DNA from: Conidiobolus incongruus B7586
Lineage: Eukaryota
DNA length: 39,964 nt
Assembly (NCBI GenBank): GCA_000697335.1
Contig: JNEM01010372.1
Span: forward strand, 1-39,964
Direction: 5' to 3'
A model generated the notes under the pieces. It made no database searches. It saw nothing but the letters and a program-made list of their open reading frames with translations, and had not been told where the DNA came from. Within the stretch, counting starts at the first letter, position 1. Every line of letters starts with the position of its first letter. Below are positions 1 to 12,534 of the stretch, piece by piece. The translations under genes and the position numbers were made by a program.

Positions 1-529
1 TAATAATTATATTATAGTCTATAATATAAGCTTGTAATAAATATATCAATTAAGGATATTAATTTTAAATATAATCTGAAATTAATTATTGATAATATTA
101 TCTTATTTATTTAAAATCATTATCTTAATAATAATATTAAAAGATTAAAATTTGAGGAAATTTCAGTTTTATCAGTAATATAATTAAATATATGATTTTA
201 ATTCTAATTCATTATTAAAATATATATAATAATGATTCTTAATAATATCAAATATTTAATTAAATTGAAAATTAGAAAAATAAAGTTAACAAATTTTCAA
301 AATTTTATTTTTCTATTAAAATAAATATTTTCCAAAAAATAATTTTTTTAGTTAAATTTTCTCAAAAAACTACTATGTATTTATAGTAATTTTAAATGTA
401 ATATTAATTATTTTGTATTTTGTCAATATCTCAAATTTATAGCATAAATTGAATTTTGATAGAATTTGAATGGGATTGATTGTAAATACTTGATAATTAA
501 AAAATTGAAATTAGTTTATTAATTAATCA

Positions 530-2365
530 TTAATAAAATCCAGGTTTTGCAATGAGATAACTGGAATGTTGAGTTGGTTGATAAGTTTCAACTTTGATAG
601 TGGTGGTTGCGCAGGGGGTTGAGGTTGCCAAGATGGATGTAGTAGTACATGGTTGGGATGTTTGTCGGGCTTTGGTAGTGGTGCAAGGGGTAGGCTGAGA
701 TTTAATGGAAGTGGTGCATGGTATACATGGTAATACTCTGGGGGTAGATTTAGCCTGAATGGTGGTGTATACTTGTTGTGTATGGGTTGGCTTAGGAGGT
801 ACTGGAGCATTGTCACAATCATCATCATTACTTGGACTAATCCAAATCGCAGGTTGGATGCTGGGTAGCGTCTTGAAATCGGAGGGTGCTGCAGGAAGAG
901 GCTTCAATGGTAAACTATTGTAAATTGGAGCCAATTTCACAGTTTGATTCTTGACAATTACTTGACTCAAGCCAGGATTCACTTTAAGCAACATGTCAGG
1001 GCGCTTTAAGAGACAGGACGGAGAAGTGTATGTTGGAATGAGATTATACTTGACAATCAATGCACCCAATTGTGTCTCAAGTGAGCGAAGCTTGGTGGTA
1101 TCGTAACCATTCATTCGGATCCAAGCATCTGGAACTGGTGGTGGTGTTCTGATACAGGTGAGATTGGTACGATCATTGGATGAAACAATCACTTTGGAAG
1201 CTACCTGAGGTGCCAATTTCTTAATAATCTCTTCGGATTTGGCCTTAAGGTCTTTGAATATCTTATTAACATTAATGAATGGGTTCTTAGGGAGTTGAAT
1301 ACCTCCAAAAAGACTAGATTGCGTGTGATTAGAATTATGATTGTTGAGTTTGGTAGATGTAGGACGAGTAGCTGAACCTGATGTGGTAGGATTGCTTCCA
1401 ATTACACTTGAGCTGGTAGCAAATGAGGATTCAGTGATTGTGGCTGTGGCGGTTGGTTGAGTAATTGATTCCAAAGTGGGAGTGGGTTGATTCACTACAG
1501 GTTGAATCACTTGATCATCTTCATAGCTATAGCACAAATTTCTAGTGTCCATAACATATCCAACACTTTCAGGGTATGGAGTCAATTGATCATTAATATT
1601 GGCAGCTGATCCATCGTAATTTTGACCTTCGTAATCGTGAATCAAAGCATTGTGCTTCAATTGCCAGTCTGAATACAACTTGTCCAAGTAGGCATGATGA
1701 ATCCAGAATAAGGGGTCATTGGTACTAGCCATTGTAGACATATGACCACCAATACCATTATGTACCACAGCGTGGGGAGCATATTCAATACCAGTGCGCA
1801 AATCTTCATAGGAAGTGGCTTGATCAATAATAGAATTAACACCTTCCAACGAATAAAACGCACCAATACGGTCACCACTGTCATAATGACGTGAGAGACA
1901 GCTTCCAGTGTTGGTAGACCCATCATTATAGTACGTTGTCCAGCCTGCAAACTGACCATCAGTAACACAATATCCATTATTCTGGTCACCATTGCCACCG
2001 AAGTATTTACCACTAAGAATGCCAGTAAGCTCAGGAGCCTGCGAGTCATAAGACCAATTCCAATAAGGAAGGGTGACTGAAGGATCGATTGCTTGCAAAG
2101 CAGCTTCAAACTCTCTGATAAATCTTCGATGCCAGATCAAAAATTTGGGGACAGAATGCACTTGAGGTACGTAATCCAAATGAGTTTTCACAAAAGCATC
2201 ATAAGCATTAGGACGATTCCCAGAATGCAATTGTAATATAGCTTTGAAGAAACGATCCAATTCATCACTGGACAATTGACGAATTTCTTTACGTTGACGA
2301 ATTCCATTAGGACAATTTTGACCAATAATAATAGTTAACAAACATGATAATATAATTAGTTTCAT
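530..2365 (-). CDS. Secreted tyrosinase (type-3 di-copper protein) with Thr/Ser/Pro-rich linker and Cys-Thr C-terminal tail, 611 aa, intronless
   Basis: N-terminal hydrophobic signal (MKLIILSCLLTIIIG); RKEIRQLS start motif; CuA histidines (THLDYVPQVH...FLIWHR); LPYWNW; CuB (PHAVVH...STNDPLFWIHHAYLDKLYSDWQ). Confidence 0.95.
   Translation of the reverse strand: MKLIILSCLLTIIIGQNCPNGIRQRKEIRQLSSDELDRFFKAILQLHSGNRPNAYDAFVKTHLDYVPQVHSVPKFLIWHRRFIREFEAALQAIDPSVTLPYWNWSYDSQAPELTGILSGKYFGGNGDQNNGYCVTDGQFAGWTTYYNDGSTNTGSCLSRHYDSGDRIGAFYSLEGVNSIIDQATSYEDLRTGIEYAPHAVVHNGIGGHMSTMASTNDPLFWIHHAYLDKLYSDWQLKHNALIHDYEGQNYDGSAANINDQLTPYPESVGYVMDTRNLCYSYEDDQVIQPVVNQPTPTLESITQPTATATITESSFATSSSVIGSNPTTSGSATRPTSTKLNNHNSNHTQSSLFGGIQLPKNPFINVNKIFKDLKAKSEEIIKKLAPQVASKVIVSSNDRTNLTCIRTPPPVPDAWIRMNGYDTTKLRSLETQLGALIVKYNLIPTYTSPSCLLKRPDMLLKVNPGLSQVIVKNQTVKLAPIYNSLPLKPLPAAPSDFKTLPSIQPAIWISPSNDDDCDNAPVPPKPTHTQQVYTTIQAKSTPRVLPCIPCTTSIKSQPTPCTTTKARQTSQPCTTTSILATSTPCATTTIKVETYQPTQHSSYLIAKPGFY
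597..730 (-). repeat. Four degenerate PC[T/A]TT/PCTTS peptide repeats (~13 aa period) in the tyrosinase C-terminus
   Basis: Translated: PCIPCTTS, TPCTTTK, QPCTTTS, TPCATTT. Confidence 0.75.
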
Positions 2366-2374
2366 ACTGACAGG

Positions 2375-2419
2375 TATTAAATTAAATATTAAATATTAAA
2401 TATTAAATTATAAATTAAA
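2375..2419. repeat. Short tandem TATTAAA-like repeat just upstream of the tyrosinase start
   Basis: tattaaattaaatattaaatattaaatattaaattataaattaaa read directly. Confidence 0.6.
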
Positions 2420-3699
2420 GTGAGAATGAATTCTAACCACAATCTATTCAATAATGCAAGTATATATACTCTTCCATGCATGAATGCCAACATCAACAAT
2501 AATATTTCTAATGTTTATTATTTATTACAAGGAGCTGATAAATTTCATGTAAAAAAATATTCTATCCTTTTGCTTTGTATATCCATTAAGTCAAACTATT
2601 CCAAACCTCAAAATTAACTATTTTTTCATTATTTTTTTATTGTAAATATGAGATTTGTTTTTCCAAGACTCCTAGTACGACTCCAGAAAAAAATTTGAAA
2701 GGTTTTTATTTATTGAGGAGTCTCCTCCTAATTTAGGAATTGACCAATTAATTTCAAGTCAATACAAGCTCCTCATTGAATTTCAATTACCCCATGTTAT
2801 TTCAGTTGAGATAATTAAGCTGACAATCTTCATTGTTCGGATCGGTTCAATATTTTGCATCATTTAAATTTCTTTGCATTTATGTTAAATAAATAATATC
2901 AATAAAGAAATATATATATCTGGATATGATTATATTAATACTTCAAATCTTATGTAAATTATTAATAATCTTGAATTTATCAAAAAAAAATAAGCTACAC
3001 TGAAATCTATTATAATCAAAATACTCTTTACATCATTTCGAAAATTATTATTAAATCCAATCCATCTAATATAATTCCAATTAAAAATAAACTAAAAATT
3101 TAGTATATCTGATTTGAATATAGTAATAAAACATTTTTATGAAAATAATACAATTATAGTTATAATCAACAATATTTATATTTTATAATAATAAAATTTT
3201 TAAATACAGTGAAATACCTAATAAAATTCAATATTTATGATCAATTCATAAAATTAACGTATATTCAATTCAAATTGATTTAAAATTATATTAATTGGTT
3301 AATTAAAATTCTAAACATTTTTTTTAAAATTATAAAAAATAATTAATTATTAATAATCAATATATCAATTCAATAAATGAAAAAAATTTGATTGAATAAT
3401 TAAATTTAATTCAATAATATATATTTCAATTTTTAAATTATTTTACCAAAGCTATTGAAAACTCTTTTGAATGTTAATTAATCATTTCTAAACTAACAAT
3501 GATTATCAATTAATATTGGAAATTGAGTCAATTCCAAAAAATATAAACATTATATTAAATTTATTAACTATAATTTACAAAATATTCAAAATTAAATACT
3601 CAGAGATCACTCCTTGTTTAAAGGATAGAAAGATTGACTCATCGGGTAGATATTGTAGTACTTTTACTGACTCTGATTATGTATCAATCTCATTGCTTC

Positions 3700-4195
3700 T
3701 TAAATGTTATAATGAATATATAAAATATGATATGAGTAATAATAATAAATTTTCTTAATTTTAACTAAACTATCAATACCTAAGTCGGGTTGATTATAAA
3801 ATTCCAAATAATTATCATTTTGGTCATTATTATCATTATGACAGGATTCGTTGTTAATATTATCCCTTGTATTAGTTGAACCAAATATAGTATTTTGCAA
3901 ATTGATCTTATTACTGAATTCGTTATCATTATCCGATTTCAAAGTGGAAAGTTGATTTAATTTGGATTTCCTTGATTTTAGCAATTCTTTCAACTTTCTG
4001 ATTAATTCCAATTCATCATTATCATTGCTATTAATTTGATTGGGTTTGTATCGTTTCTAAATATAATTAATGTAAAATTGAGATGGAGATTAATGAATTG
4101 ATTACTTTATATAATACTTGATTCTGTCTAACAATAGGTAATAAATTTATAATACTTCTACTACTTATTTCTTCAAATTTATCCTTTTCTTTTTA
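3700..4195 (-). pseudogene. Possible spliced gene relic or orphan fragment of unknown function
   Basis: A 49-nt GT-AG intron (4057-4105) joins KEKDKFEEISSRSIINLLPIVRQNQVLYK in frame to KRYKPNQ...ELELIRKLKELLK of the listed ORF. There is an upstream in-frame TAA, no clear ATG and no recognisable domain. Confidence 0.25.
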
Positions 4196-5035
4196 ATTTT
4201 GATTTAATCTTTAATTTATATGTCTAAAATATTATAAATTTATAAATGTATTCAATATCCACTTTTTATTTCTTCTACCTTTTTAAATAATCTTAAATAA
4301 TTGATTTGACTTAATTATGGGAATATTTGATAAATTTCTTACCAAATTTAATTTAAAGTAATATTGATAAATCATTATAAATGACTTTGAATTGCTTAAT
4401 ATAATTATATAATTATAAATTTTACTAGTATTTAATAATATAGATCGAATTTCACAAAGCAATAATTTTAGAATTAAATTAATTTATTATTTTATCTAGT
4501 AACCCTTTTATAATTTATTCAATTAATTCCTTTGAAAAAATTAGCTGTCCTGAATAGACATTAAAAAACTAATTCATAAGAAATATTAATTATGGGATTG
4601 ATTCATTAAAAATTTCATCACTTTCCAAATATATCATTATTAACCCTCTGAGGACTCGAGCTATCTATTTAATCTTTGATCCCCAATAAATATTTTGCAA
4701 TTTTATTAATTAATCTTTAGTGTTAAATTTGTTAAAATATATTATTTACACTGATAAAATGTGAATTTATTACATTTTAAATTCCAATTTAGTTGATCCA
4801 ATCATAAATACTTAAATATATCCAATTAATATTCGCTTTTAATAAATTAGCGAATAAAATTAATGAATTATTGAGTAGAAACAATTCCAATTGACTTTTG
4901 CCCTAAAAGGGTTAATTTAGCCTACCTCCCCTAGATCAATATAAACTACATAGATAAAGAATATAAATATAAATACAGCTTTATCAATTTCTTTCAACTT
5001 TAAAAATAATATATACTTAATAATAGTAATAACAA

Positions 5036-6604
5036 ATGATAAAATTAACCATAAAACTAACCATTATAGCATGGATAATATTTTTATCTTTTATGATTAT
5101 TTTTATTTCAATTTGGAGAGGATCTATATCAACTCCAACCTTATCCAAACCGAGTCGTAGTCAACCTTTGGATATTAGGTTGAAATACGCTTGGGACAAC
5201 TTGCCAAAGGAAGATAGCTTGGATAACTACACATATTGTGAAGCTGGTGCTCCTTCAACAGACTCTTACAAACCTTTGGATGACAAAGATTACGACTTGG
5301 TGACGATTTATTTAATGACACGACATGGTGCTAGAACTCCAGAGAATTTTTTACCTCCTGGTTATGAGAAGGAAAGTTGGAAATGTCCCAAGGATTTGAA
5401 CACTATCACTCTGGATGGATTTGGCAAAGCTGATTTGGTTAAAGAGTACGAATTGGATTGTAAGCCTGATGATGAACCTTGTTACGCCCATCCCTTACGA
5501 TCATTGGGTTGGAGTGGCAACTGTACCACGGGACAGTTGACTGAGAAGGGAATGCGACAACTGTTCGATCTAGGTCACAATATGTATAAAATCTATTCTG
5601 AAAAGCTCGATTTCATTCCCAAGGATTGGGAAGATGCTAGAAAAGTGATACAAGTGCGTAGTACTGACTATTGGCGTACTTTCCAAAGCGCCCAAAGTTT
5701 AATTACAGGATACTTTAACCAATCGTTTACTAATATGTCATCCCCCATCAAAATTCATTCGGTGACGAGACAGTTGGAAACTTTGTTGATTAACGAATCA
5801 AGCTGTCCCAACATTAAATCTGGTGACAAAGATCAATTCCAAACCGAAGAATACCAACGCTTGCTAAGTGTTATTGATCCCATTGAAGAAACTTTCAGTA
5901 ATGTATTAGGCACTGCATTCCTAAGAGACAATCCCCTATTCCTAGAAAAATTAGTCGACGTCTTCCAATCCAGACAATGTCACAATAAATCCCCAGTTTG
6001 TTCGTCTGGAGGCAATTGCATCAAGCCAGACTGGGTCAATTTATCCATGGCCTATGCCAACTCCGAACTTCGTATCTTATTCCGTGACCTAAATCCGAAG
6101 TATCCCAACTTGGCAATTGTCAGGGCAGGTGGCTTCTTAATTGAATTAAAGCGCAATATTCTGTTACAAGTAGCTCACCTTCTCAACAACCACGACATCA
6201 TCGACACAACCCACCAGCATTTCAAAGACATGGAAGCATCTCTAATCAAGATTAAATGGTTTTACTACTCCGCTCACGATACTTCCATCAGTCCAGTATT
6301 AGGAGCTCTTAACGCCATTGATATGAGATGGCCACCATACCGCTCCAACATTATAGTTGAACTGTGGAAGCGGAAAGATGCCAAAGATTTCAGTAATTTC
6401 CAACTACACTTTCTTTATAATGGCTCACCCCTCAAAATGAAGTGGTGTCCCACTGGAAATTGCAATCTGCAAGAATTTCTAAACTATCTGGACAATGATA
6501 TGAAACTGGTATTGGGGTGGGAGAGGTATTTAAGTAATTTAAAACAATTGAAAATTGTTAATTTTGAAAGCTTGTGCTGGTCGCAACCTACTCAATGGCA
6601 ATAA
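5036..6604 (+). CDS. Histidine acid phosphatase (branch 2, ACP6/lysosomal acid phosphatase-like) with N-terminal membrane anchor
   Basis: RHGARTP catalytic motif, GQLT..G, RST..RT..SA, proton-donor AHDTSI, WPPYRSNI; hydrophobic N-terminus. Probable 45-nt in-frame intron at 6526-6570. Confidence 0.93.
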   Translation: MIKLTIKLTIIAWIIFLSFMIIFISIWRGSISTPTLSKPSRSQPLDIRLKYAWDNLPKEDSLDNYTYCEAGAPSTDSYKPLDDKDYDLVTIYLMTRHGARTPENFLPPGYEKESWKCPKDLNTITLDGFGKADLVKEYELDCKPDDEPCYAHPLRSLGWSGNCTTGQLTEKGMRQLFDLGHNMYKIYSEKLDFIPKDWEDARKVIQVRSTDYWRTFQSAQSLITGYFNQSFTNMSSPIKIHSVTRQLETLLINESSCPNIKSGDKDQFQTEEYQRLLSVIDPIEETFSNVLGTAFLRDNPLFLEKLVDVFQSRQCHNKSPVCSSGGNCIKPDWVNLSMAYANSELRILFRDLNPKYPNLAIVRAGGFLIELKRNILLQVAHLLNNHDIIDTTHQHFKDMEASLIKIKWFYYSAHDTSISPVLGALNAIDMRWPPYRSNIIVELWKRKDAKDFSNFQLHFLYNGSPLKMKWCPTGNCNLQEFLNYLDNDMKLVLGWERYLSNLKQLKIVNFESLCWSQPTQWQ

Positions 6605-7166
6605 CACTTAATTTCGTTCACTTTAATTTTGATTATTCAAATAATAATTTAGTATTAAGGAAAATTCCATTATTTTATCATAAAATTTAATTCATTCTAT
6701 AAAAAAAAATTATTAATTTAAATTTTTACTCAATTTCAAATACTTGAATTATTTGTCAATTATATAATTTACAATTTCAAACTATTTATAATCATTAAAT
6801 TCTATTAAATAATTCCTCTCAAGTATAATTATATTTTATGTAAATGTCATTTCAGTGCCAATCATTCCATTCAATCGGTTATAAAGCTTAAACTAATAAC
6901 AAATATATGGTTGGATTCTATGTTTTGGCATTTTTGTCCAATATAATAAGTAATACCAAATTCACTTGAATAATTATAGAATATTAATAAAGCAATTTAA
7001 ATTGGAATCTATTCTTATTTAGTATATTAATTGATATTTTTAATTTTAAAATTCATTCTTTTGATTTGATTCCTTCTGTAATTTTCTTATATTTAATAAA
7101 TATTGATAGTAATTATATTAAAAAAGATTATAGAGTATTGTTTATATTAGTAATAAGTAGTCAATT

Positions 7167-8643
7167 TTACATTAAAATTTCGTTGTGGAAACTATCCTTC
7201 AATTCCTTATGAGGTAATACCATACAATTACGTATAATAGTTTCATCCCTAATACTGACATCTCTACCTAAGACCGTGGTGGATTGGATTTTGATACCAT
7301 TCTTAGTGACGAGTTCATGGGAGCCAGTAGGAGCGGAGCCTTCGATACGACACCAGTTTCCGACACGTCCGTCCCATCCGATGATGGCATGGATGATGCA
7401 GGAGTTGTCCTTGATTTGGGTGTTGTCTAAAATTAAACTGTCGCGAACGCGGGATCCCTTGCCGATGGTAACGTTAGGGCCAATGAATACATTGGGTCCG
7501 AGCTTGGCGGTGGGATCGATAGTGGCAGTAGGGTGAACATAAACTTCACCAGTGACCTCGTAGCCACCTTCCTTGGTGGTGGCCATGAGCTCGGGGTTGG
7601 ATTTGGCGAGCTGCTTCAAGCACAAGTGGTTAGCGGGGAGGGCGGTGGGAGCAGTGGTAATTTGAACCCAGGGTTCGGCAGTTTCAAAAACGTAGATAGT
7701 TTGGGAGCCAGCCATAGGTTGCAATAAGTCTTGTTCCAAACGAAGCTTATCATTGTGGCTTTCGATGACATATTCCAAATCGGGGGTTTGGGTGGACAGG
7801 GTACCGTCTCTAGCCTTCTTAATATAATCGAAAATGCTGCAGCTGAAATAGTAAATACCACAAGAGATTAAGTTACTGACGAAGGATTCGGGCTTTTCGA
7901 CGTAGTGAAGCACTTCGGAAGTATTTTCATCAGCAACTAAACAACCAAAGTTGGTGGCCAATTCTTTAGCAACCTAAAAATCCATTTAAATGATATTATT
8001 TTGGTATTAATGATATTCAGACTTACTTGAGTTCCCATAACAGTACCGACACTATTTTTAGAATTGTGGAATTGTTTCAATTGTTCCAATGGGAAACTGC
8101 TCATCACATCGGCATGAAGGACAAAGAAGCCGTCGGGATTTTGGCTGGTGATTTGGTCACGGAAGTGATAAAGACCTCCAGCAGTACCCAAAGCTTGATA
8201 TTCTCTCAAGTATCTAATGAATACAATTGGTTAATAACTGTCATTGACTACTTTTACAATTAGTGAATTATTTTATATTTATGAATTATTGCTTATATAT
8301 TAATTTTAATTAGTCCCATTGTAATTTCCATATTTCTGTTTTTTTTTCAAATTCCACAAAACATTCTCATCAAAAAATACAACTGAATAATTTACCTGAC
8401 ATTGATATTAGGGAAATCCCTCTTAGCAGTATTTAAAAATGGTTGAAAAACGGACTCTTCGAAGAAACCAATCAACAACACTTCCTTTAAGTCGGGAACT
8501 TGACTCAAAGCTTTGACGTGGTGATAGATGATGGGATGGCCGGCGAGGGGGAAGAGGGGCTTGGGAGTATCCAAGCTGAGGGGACGGAAGCGAGTACCTC
8601 TGCTGGGGCCACCGACGAGGATCACACCTTTAGTAATAGCCAT
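7167..8643 (-). CDS. GMPPA: Mannose-1-phosphate guanylyltransferase alpha-type (GMPPA/Mpg2-like), 3 exons (8643-8396, 8213-8027, 7973-7167), 413 aa
   Basis: VILVGGPSRGTRFRPLS (alpha-subunit-type signature), LGTAGGLYHFRDQI, HYVEKP, hexapeptide beta-helix C-terminus, LPHKEL end. GT-AG introns 8214-8395 and 7974-8026 restore the frame. Confidence 0.93.
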
Positions 8644-10044
8644 TTTGGGTTTGTTAATTTGAATGTTAAAAGATAAGTGAAGAACTATATATATTGTAAT
8701 GTCAGCACATTTAATAAATTCCAGCAATGTTAAATTCGTAGTTATGGGAAGATGGTAATAAAATCGGACTAAATTTAGAATTTCCAAGTCATTAATGCAT
8801 TTAAATTTAATTTATTAGTGAGTAATTGTATCACGTTGCAACTTCTTAGTCCTAATAATAATTTATCCAATTATTTTAATGGATTGATTGTCATTGTCCA
8901 TGTATGATATACAAATTATAATATTATATCAAAAGTTTGTATCTATAGATTTTTCAAGTATTAAGTTATTATTATATTAAAATGACTTTTTTATGATTCA
9001 TTACAATTATTCATAATAGTTTCTCATTTAATTAAATTAATGCATTAAATATCAATAGTTTATAACTGTTTTGCTAAAAATCAACAAATTAATGTTAATA
9101 AATTAAAGTTGCATTTTGAAATAATTTATTGATATATTATTGTTATGGTATCAGATTATAAATTAAAAATATCTTGAATAAGATCTTACTATGAATAATA
9201 AAATAATTAAATATAGTCAACAAAAAGTTTGAAAATATAGTTCACTGAATTGAATGACAAATGAATTAATAGGATTTAATTTGGCAAAAATATTAATCAG
9301 ATTAATTCTAGATGTATATATATGATCTTTTCTATATAACAATATTCTAATACAAAATCATTTTGTTTGGTCAGCGTATAATAATAATAATAATAATATA
9401 TTCCATTTATTATTTTAATCAAAATTGAATGAATTAATATCATTATATCTATTGAAAACCGAATTATATCTAAAAAAATTCAATTAACATTTATCAAAAT
9501 TACAAATCTTTCTGATATTATAAATATTATAAAAATTGATCAATAGCAATATATAATTATATTACATAAATTAATTAATTACTAAAAACTGATGACCCTA
9601 AAACATCAAAAATAAATTTTTTATTTAATATTAGCTATTTTTTACAGTACTATGCCGAAATTCCTAAATATCAATTCAGTTAACAAATTAAGAATTTTAA
9701 ATATTTCATCATTTTAATGTCAATAATAAATAGATATACTTATATTTGAAATAATATAATTATTAAATTTATTATCAACATACTATAATCTAATATCACT
9801 ATTGAAATTTCAACACTTATCATTAAATTTGACTATATAAATTTAAATTCATTCAAATATGATATAATCAATTATTAATGATTATAGTAACTATTTGTAG
9901 GGATATTATAACTTTTAATAATAAATATTTTCATTATAAAAATATTCTAAAATTTTAAAATAATCAAAAATTCCAAAAATAATTTACAACAGATTATTAT
10001 CATTATTCTTATTTATTTTTAATAAGCTTTAATTATTCCCCAAA

Positions 10045-12534
10045 TTAGGAAGATTTGATTTGATTTTGTCTTAGCTCTTCATTTTCTTTTTTTAGTCGTT
10101 CGTTTTCTTCCTTTAAAGTTTGATTTTCATTGATTAAATTTTGTATCATTTGGTCAAATGTAATCTATATTATGGATTAATAAATTGTGGTTATATTAAT
10201 ATATTGACTTCAATTTACCAGTGTTGTGTCTAATATAGCAGCAGTTTTACTAAATTTAAAATTTAAAATTAGTAACAGATAACAATAAAATAAATTAGTA
10301 GAGTTACCTTTGAGAATTGGATATTTGATCCTTCAAAGTTTTAGCATTAGATTGAGAGCGTGAAAGATTTGAAGTGGGCTTTTCACCAACAATAAGTGCT
10401 CTCAAGTCCTCAATCATAGCTCTTTGCTGTTCGTTCTGTTTGACCAGAACATCCATTTGTCTGGCGTAGACTATCAGTGAACTCGTGTCAACACATGACT
10501 CTGTTGATGAGCTAGTTTGAAGATGTGCGACATCCGACTTTTCAGCACTAACATGAAATCTTCCGCGAATACTCGTGGCACTAGATGGCGGGTCACCTCC
10601 GTCACTGGCAGTTGACGAATGAACGGTAATACTCGATGAGTTGGCATTATTAACTGAAAATCTACTAGATTTAGAGTTATCACGCTGTATTCCTACGTTT
10701 GGACTTGTTGGCCGTCCTTCGCTAAATGCATCAACTGAAAGAGATGCTTTTTCATCACTTACGCTAAATCGACTCTTTTTAATCTTTCCAGATGAAGGAG
10801 TGGCAGTGACTGGGGTCGCACTTGCTCCCTGGTTGGGAGATGTTGGAGTATTTGGTGGTACATTTTGTGTATCAATCACGAACCTGCTCTTACGACCAGC
10901 TGGCTTGGGTTCAGCTGGGATAGGTATTATCTCAGCAGGTAAATCGCTAGAAATTGATGAAGGAGCATCAAGATCTACTTTGACATTGATCGATGAACTA
11001 TCTTCACCGCTGACTTCTAAAGGTTCTTCAAATCCTGGAGTTAATTTGTTTTCAAAAAATTGCTTTTCGTCAACGGTTACATCAGGAGAAAAGTTCCAAG
11101 ATTCACCACGAGCGGGAAGACGTGTAATTCGAGCAATACCAGCCTTGGCTATATCTGAAATTAATACATTATTGGTAACATTAACTATTTAAACTTACGT
11201 GGAGGTATATTTCGCTCTTCAATCGAAGGAAGAGATTGTATAATTTGGTAAATACAATGTTTCTTTTTACCCAATTGCTTAAAAAATGGATGTTGTAGAA
11301 GTTTCTCGGTAGTGGGTCTTAATAAATTAAATTTAGCCAATTAAATCATATAATTTTGAAAATATCAGTTACCTCTTTCTGGGATCTTTTTGAAGACAAG
11401 AATCGATCATTTCTTTAAACGTCTTACTATATTTGTACTTGGTTAAATCTCGATCAAGAGTTGGAGGATCTTTTGACAAAGTCATCATTAAAACCTATTA
11501 ATAATTAAAAATCAGTAAAAAATAAAGATAATAAAATATAAATATAGTTACCTTAATAGGGGGGAATTTAGCCAAAGGAGCTTGGCCATTAGCCAATTCA
11601 AGAGCAGTAATACCAAAAGACCAAATATCTGCTTTATAGTCGTATCCTGCCTGTAAACATATCATTTAGAGCTAATAATCAATTATTTGAACTAATGATT
11701 ACCTGTTCCATAACTTCAGGAGCCATCCAACAAGGAGTACCCACAAAAGTTTTTCTCATTTTTTGGCGATCGCCACCGTCCGATAAAGAAGAACTTACAC
11801 CAAAATCTGCGAGTAAAACAGTTCCTTGATCATCCACCAACAAATTACCAGCTTTAATATCTCTATTTAAAATATGAATCAATCAATCCAATATATTGGT
11901 AAAATTGGAAATTTAAGTCACAAAATTAAATAATATAGAAATTCAATTACCTATGGATATGGCCATTTTTATGAAGGTACTCCATACCCAATAAAGTTTG
12001 TTTTAAAATACAAGCTATTACAGTTTCTTCAAGTCCTTCAGGATATCCCAATTTTAAAATATCTAAACAAGAACCTAATCAATTTGTTAATTTTTATCCA
12101 GTTCAATTCAATTTAACCAATATTTACCTGCAGAAAGTAAAGGTGTAACGATGTGCAACTTGGTACCGTTTACAAATGTTGCATATACAGGTAATAAATT
12201 TTCATGTCGACATAGGAACATGACTTGAGTTTCTCTCTAAATTAATTAAATTCTTATTAGTAAATTGTTTACTAGATGTAGAAAAATAAGATAAAATATT
12301 TATAAAGATCAAAATTTCAATAAAAAACAAATATATAAGAATAATTACCCTTAATTCATCAATCTGATTCCTCTCAAACATTTCCATATCAATCAATTTT
12401 ACAGCAACTTTCTGGTTAGTAGGCTTATATATAGCTGAGTGAACGATAGCCGACGAACCATAACCGATAATTTTAACAAATTCATAATCGGAAGGATTGG
12501 TAGAAAATTCGTGAGGTTGAGTTTTTGTAGTCAT
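10045..12534 (-). CDS. STE20/GCK-VI family Ser/Thr kinase (OSR1/SPAK/Fray-like), 10 exons, ~638 aa, C-terminal coiled coil
   Basis: [61 protein letters not shown]. Exons 12534-12349, 12236-12128, 12074-11951, 11862-11703, 11650-11552, 11494-11373, 11317-11199, 11154-10308, 10249-10219, 10164-10045 sum to 1917 nt in frame. Confidence 0.92.

Noticed and set aside
4830..4856. 8-bp inverted repeat tattcgct/agcgaata upstream of the phosphatase
   Set aside because: Single short hairpin, plausible by chance, with no supporting context.
8214..8395. Unusually long (182 nt) GMPPA intron 1 as a possible box C/D snoRNA host
   Set aside because: A TGATGA is present but there is no downstream CTGA box D or terminal stem on the sense strand.
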